DNA of 24,013 bases. Source: a virus (taxonomy: Duplodnaviria; Caudoviricetes). Below are positions 23,119-24,013 of the stretch, in pieces (within the stretch, counting starts at the first letter, position 1; every line of letters starts with the position of its first letter). A model generated the notes under the pieces. It was not told the origin of the DNA, did no database searches, and saw only the letters and a list, made by a program, of their open reading frames with translations. The stretch spans positions 1 through 24,013 of the IMG/VR virus record IMGVR_UViG_3300032235_000610; one strand, given 5' to 3'. Position numbers and translations under genes: made by a program.

Positions 23119-24013
23119 AAAATCAATACTTGTTTTAAATTTCTACAACCAACTGATAAAGTTCTAGTTATATATCCCAAAGCACCAATTAAGCAATCAT
23201 GGTTGGAAGATTCTGTCAAGTGGAAGTTTGACATTTCTAACTTCAAATTTACAACTACAAGTTCCTTACATAAGGTACAGCATGATAGATTTGATTGGGT
23301 TATCTGGGATGAACCTCAGGAAGTATTATCAGACAAAGTTCTTACTGCAATTAAAGTACTTAGTGTTAACAATAACATTATCGGTTTATCCGGTAGTCTT
23401 AGTGTAGATACACAGTTTACTATTAAACACAAAGTAGGTCTTTCTATAATTGCAAATTATCCTACTTCATTAGCTATTAAAGAAGGTGTCATAACTGATT
23501 ATGAGATCTTTATAAAATATACAACTCTGGAAGCAGAGGCTATGAAGAAGTATAATTGGTTAACTCGAGAGATTAATTCTGCAGTTGCAAGAAGGGATAA
23601 CAAGAAGATTAAGTTCCTTGCTTTAACAAGAATGAGATTACTGTATAACAGCAGTAATAAGTTAGAATTAGCAAAAAGAGCTATTACTAGATTTAAGGAT
23701 GAAAGATTTATATTATTCAGTCACCTTACTAAGTTTGTAGATGATTTAGGTATTCCAGTATATCACAGTAAGAACAAAGATGAAGATGTTCTACAGAAAT
23801 TTAAAGATGGGGAAACAAATCATTTAGCAACATTGGATATGATATCTGCCGGTATTTCATTTAAGAAATTAAACATGGCTATCATTGCTACTTTTACAAG
23901 CAACTCAGAGGAGTTGTACCAAAGAATAAACAGGATTACCGCTACTGAGATGGATAATCCGAATAAAAAGGCCACAGTGTATATCTTATGTCTTAAAGAC
24001 ACTCAAGAAGAAA
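23119..24013 (+). CDS. superfamily 2 (DExx-box) helicase, exon 2, runs off the window
   Basis: Open frame KINT...VLVIYP (Ia), VIWDEPQ (II), GLSGS (III), IIFS (IV), ISAGISF (V), QRINR (VI). Confidence 0.9.

Noticed and set aside
984-24002. All minus-strand ORFs in the track (e.g. 984-1298, 1659-1937, 4826-5068, 8941-9237, 22977-23246, 23820-24002)
   Set aside because: They are antisense shadows of + strand genes, RNAs or the intron, with no motifs; the + strand is already fully tiled
1-24013. Stop-codon reassignment (code 15 or 4)
   Set aside because: Long genes are intact under code 11; TAG and TGA stops are followed closely by new starts or ATGA overlaps
1-24013. CRISPR array or diversity-generating retroelement
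   Set aside because: No regularly spaced repeats, cas genes, reverse transcriptase or template/variable repeat pair were seen

Overview
An AT-rich, gene-dense segment with essentially all genes on the + strand. It looks like part of a large tailed dsDNA phage of a Bacteroidota host. Support for that host: A-rich, Shine-Dalgarno-less starts; a TTG-N19-TAnnTTTG promoter; and a tmRNA tag beginning GE. The standard genetic code fits. Most ORFs are small hypothetical proteins. Recognisable genes are a spore-photoproduct-lyase-like radical SAM enzyme, a GH73-like cell-wall hydrolase, a dCMP deaminase, a probable 2OG-Fe(II) oxygenase, a GIY-YIG homing endonuclease, an AAA+ ATPase, an SPFH protein, a PLP aminotransferase and an SF2 helicase. 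The helicase is missing from the ORF track because a 300-nt group I intron splits its Walker A motif. The most striking content is non-coding. (i) A phage tmRNA with an atypical 25-aa tag. (ii) Four tRNA-shaped RNAs, plus a fifth degenerate one, that keep the acceptor, D and T arms but have a deleted, expanded or degenerate anticodon arm; no normal tRNA was found. (iii) Two copies of a small kissing-loop RNA with compensatory base changes, whose variable middle is antisense to start-codon regions. All calls come from reading the sequence by eye; no searches or folding programs were run.
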